Shown in pieces: positions 59,890 through 64,000 of a stretch of DNA of 64,000 nt (position 1 is the first letter of the stretch; each line of letters begins with the position of its first letter). This DNA is from Sphagnum compactum (taxonomy: Eukaryota). Location: assembly GCA_965153455.1 (NCBI GenBank), contig OZ234493.1, positions 34,338,213-34,402,212 of the forward strand. The letters run 5' to 3'. A program made the position numbers and the translations under genes. The notes below the pieces were generated by a model. That model had not been told where the DNA came from. It did not search any database and worked only from the letters and a program-made list of their open reading frames with translations.

Positions 59890-62800
59890 TTTTTAATCCC
59901 ATAAAACGGAAAACTTCTAATATTAATGTGAATTGTAAATTTCAAGATGTATAGGATTTGAAAATGTCATGGGTAGAACCATTTTCAATGAAGTTGTTGT
60001 AGTTACACTATTCAGAAACATGGGTCTAGTTCACTATGAAACCTTAAAGTGAAATCTCATAGTGAAATGGGTTCATTAGCTAGTGTTTTAACCTAGTGCA
60101 ATTTTCACCATGGGTGAAAATTCATGTTTAATTCATTAAGGTTCATTTTTTGTTATTCATTATTTATAAATTAATAAAATATTTATTTATTGAGTGTAAG
60201 TATTTACTAATCCATTAAGAGATTTGGTACTTATACAACTTTAAAAACATGTTATAGTTTGTATTAAATTTATTTTCATAAATGAAAATCCCTTTGCAAA
60301 AAAAGATGAAAATATTATTCAAAATAAATATTAATACAATTTACAATACCAAAACATTATGTGTATAGATTGATAGTTAAAAAGTTTACATAAAATGTTT
60401 TAAATAACATTAGAAAGCATTTTTCAAATAACATAATATTATGTGTTTAATAAATTAAGTATTACATTTTTAATTTAATTACTAAATAATTATATGGAAT
60501 CTACTGAATTTTTAATAAATTTCCTATTTATTAATATATGTTTAAAATATTGGGAGATATAATATCAAATTATTTGTGATCATCAACAATAAAATATTTT
60601 TTAAAACAAAAACATCAATGTTGTTTTAAAATAGGCATATTCACAAATTATGTTATTTGAAAAATTATTTTTTTCCTCAAAACATATCATTGAAATGTAT
60701 TAAATAAAAAAATTCAAATGCATTTTGAGTCAAATTATTGATTTTTCATTTTTTATATTATATGTGTGAAAATCTTGGAAAACAATTAAGAATGAAATTT
60801 AAATATTTTTTTTTGGACAAAATATGAGAAAGATAATAATGGTTAAAGAAAAAAAAATCTTCAAAGTACCATTATTGAAATGTATTAAATTGCAAGTTTC
60901 AAAATTATTTTTAGTTAGATTTAATAGTTTTTTTTTGTATATATATTAAAGATGTGAACATCTTCGAAAAATCTTCTAGAATGAAGTTTATTTATTTATA
61001 TTTGGACATAGTATGAGAAAGATAATAATGGTTAAAGAAAGAAAATTTCTTCAATACATCATTGTTGAAATGTATTGAATAGCAAGATCCAAATTCATTT
61101 TCAATCAAATTAAATATTTTTCTTAAAAATATTAAAGATGTGTACATTTTGGGGAAAGAAATTAAATGAAATTTACTTCTATCAAATGTTGTGTTTGTTC
61201 TAAAAATGAGAAAAAAAAAATGGCAACCTTTACCAAGTTCACCTCATGACAAATTTGTGTATTTTAATTGTAATGAGGTCACATCCATGGATAATGCAAG
61301 TTGGGCAAATGTGCATTATTGAGTCTTTAACAAGTGGTTTTTGGCTTTGGAGTCAATAATCTAACTTTTTTTAACTTGATGACACAAGGGGGTCTGAAGG
61401 AAGAAGAGTTTATTTGAAGTTTGGTTTGTTTGGTGCTAACAGGGTCAACACCTTCCAAGGCTTCAAATCTAAAGTTACAATTTAAATTTAATGTGATATG
61501 CTCTTTTTGTCATTAATGTGCATTGTATGGTTCATCGTATAAACTTAATGGTACAAACCTTTTCAAATCTACTTTTGGTTTCTCACACTGAGAGTCTTTT
61601 GTAATGTATTTATGATTATTTCAACCATAAGCCCAAGAGACATTTGGAATTTACCAAATTGGCAAAAATCATGGGAACAAAGGGCAACAAAATATTATGA
61701 AACATTAGAACTAGGTGGATATTCATGATAAGTCATGTCAAACGTGTGTTGTTTGAATATCGCACTTTTCTTGTGAAGATGACATTAGACGCACACACAA
61801 TAACCCTTATTATATTTAACTTGTGTTTGTTGATTAATTGATGTTGAAATGTTATTGGAGTTGAATGTTATTATGCCACTATTGGAGGCAATGCATTCTT
61901 TGATCAAATTTGGACAATTGCAAGACATGTTTGTTTGTGATTTAAGTGCAATAATCAAGATTTGTGAAGGGGATGTATATCAAACGTATTGTGAGATCCA
62001 TTCCTCTTTCCAAGGTGATGTGTTTATAAATTTCCAAGTCTTGATCAATTGTGTTCATCAAAGCATAAATCTTTATTGGATTATTAATTTAAATACAATA
62101 GCAAATTATTTGGCATTTGAATTTGTTGGGTAACATATTTGTGTCACATTTGTAATTCAAATGGGGGCATATGGTTTTGTTACAAAACCTATATATGCAA
62201 AGGTGATGGCATTTGTGAAAAGGTAATGTGAAGAAGCTAGTGGTTAGTTTAGTACATAAATTGCAAGGCCAATTCCTAGCCCAAAACGTGATGGATGTGT
62301 TTGGTATCATGAACCCACAATATTGGCTACAACTTAAGTTTGGAACAAGGATTGTTGCTATTTGGTAGTGTTCAAAGATGCCTTTTACCAACTTAAGAAG
62401 ATAAGACCTAATGAGTTATGGGTTCTAGGACTATTTTTAGATGTTGCTATAAAGATTTTTGTTTGTCATTACCATGAAGAACAATTCAAAGTTGGCAATG
62501 CAAAAACCTTTTGATGTGAACCCACTTACCAAACAAAGGAGAACTTTTTTCCTCATTAGGGATTATTGTTAAAAAAGTTTGGAGTACATCAAGTTGGCTA
62601 AACTTGTTATTGTGCAAGTTATTGGTTCAATTGAAGATGAACATTATTTTTCTACACTCACATTCATGAAGACTAAATTATGAACATGCATTTTAACTAG
62701 GCATTTGGAGCTAGTCATTGGGATGTTTAATTAAAAGTTTTTCACCTTGCAAGGCTTTCCTTTTGGAGTAGTGATTTAAAGTTGGAAAATTAATAGAACA
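59890..62800 (+). pseudogene. Degenerate hAT-superfamily (ZNF862/DUF4371-like) transposase, interrupted at 60006-61172
   Basis: Relics read KFQDV*DLKMSWVEP, KCCVCSK, NEVTSMDNASWANVH, VHCMVHRINL (CxxH), YDYFNHKPKRHLEF, IRTRW, and a C-terminal dimerisation-like EYIKLAKLVIVQVIGSIEDEHYFSTLTFMKTKL. Confidence 0.8.
60006..61172. mobile_element. Truncated CACTA-like insertion with ~189-bp tandem repeats
   Basis: Begins CACTATTCAGAAACATGGG with direct and inverted TTCACTATG/CATAGTGAA subterminal motifs. TTA lies on both flanks, but there is no TAGTG right end. ATGAGAAAGATAATAATGGTTAAAGAAA is repeated at ~60824 and ~61013. Confidence 0.6.
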
Positions 62801-64000
62801 TGGTACAAAATTTGAAGATTGTCCAAGTTTCACATTTTTCTCTTTTAAAACATGATTTCTTAGGCTTGATTTAAATTTATTTTTTTTCACAATTTGGTTG
62901 GATATTGGAATGTTTGGGAAAGTTGGAAGTTGGATTTGTACATGTTGCAATTTGCTTTACTTCTTTATGGGCCCACCAAAATTTTGACTTGGTGGGGTCC
63001 TTAACCTTGTTGTAAAAATATATCAAGTTTGTGTACGAAGTTCTTGTTATTCAAAATTGGCTTTTACAATCAAGAAAATAGTTAAAAAAAAATTAAAGGC
63101 CTTTTGCACATTATCTAACACATCAATTGCACATTTTCAAAAGTCTTTAATTCACACCAAAACTTAAAATTGAACTAGATGATTTATTACTCAAATTCCC
63201 TAATAGTCATATTAATCATTTAACACAACTTGTCATGATTATCATGATTATGATCAAATGACAATACATTAATATATTCATAATTGTTTGTAATTTCTAT
63301 TAAGATCTAACACAATTTTTGACTCCTTTGATTATGATCACAAAATGTGCATTCCACCTTCATCAAACAACATATAAGTTTTTATATACTTTACTTGGAT
63401 CTGTTTTTATGTTCTTAGTTATTTTATTTATTCTTTTAAAATAGGAAGCATTGATTTATAAATATTGACCATGTAATTTAATGAACATAAACAAATTATT
63501 AAAGTTTTCAATTTTGTATCATTGATTCACGTATTTTGACAGATCAAAATTTACCATTATTATTAAAAATGTTAATGTAGATTCATATTTTATATTTTTT
63601 GATGTTCACATTTGCAAATGGGAATTCAATGATTGAAGGATTGCAATGTACAACCTTTTTTCAAAATTGTGGATTGGAAGTAACTTTCCTCTTCTTACAC
63701 ATGACCATGAACAACTTATCGATCACTTCTCCATCATTTGAGAAATGTAAAAATTTAGAAGACAATTTGAAGAAGTAGGATTTCATAAATGGGATAAATT
63801 TAGTATGTAAAAGTGATCCCAAAGGAAAAAAAGTTCCTTATGTGGAACATTACCCCCAAGTCGAACCAAAACACAATTAAATTTATTTAAAATAAAGATG
63901 TATCATTAAATTCCATGCTTTTTGTTGTAAAAAGATATTATTCAACATTAATTCAAAGATATTTTCCAACTATGATGTTTGAATTGTTAGAAACTAAAAC

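Noticed and set aside
62969..63000. GC-rich mini-hairpin as a Helitron 3' end
   Set aside because: No CTRR terminus at the expected distance and no other Helitron evidence.

Overview
Eukaryotic nuclear DNA from a land plant: GT-AG introns, telo-boxes and TEs decayed by C-to-T changes. The gene and TE style suggests a bryophyte such as a peat moss, but that is inference. Four intact spliced genes: a plastid-type Mini-RNase III (+, 5292-7317), an SLC35F5/THI74-like EamA transporter (-, 20984-23829), a BAM2-type beta-amylase (+, 28537-34699) and VARICOSE/EDC4 (-, 35833-43827). There is also an unprocessed saccharopine-dehydrogenase pseudogene (-, ~25920-27850) and a possible tiny secreted-peptide gene (+, 303-685). 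The rest is TE-rich. It holds a decayed minus-strand Copia (8035-10195), a decayed Gypsy element with a large extra ORF after pol (10200-17570), and MITEs. It also holds a CACTA-type element nested in an inverted copy of its own family and carrying a 181-bp higher-order satellite (47-53.6 kb), a full-length but inactivated Copia with 210-bp LTRs (53656-58729), and a hAT-type transposase pseudogene split by another CACTA-type insert (59.9-62.8 kb). The most unusual items are the Gypsy accessory ORF, the TE-borne nucleosome-length satellite, and a promoter-proximal dispersed repeat with Pol III A-box-like motifs. All calls were made by eye with no database search.
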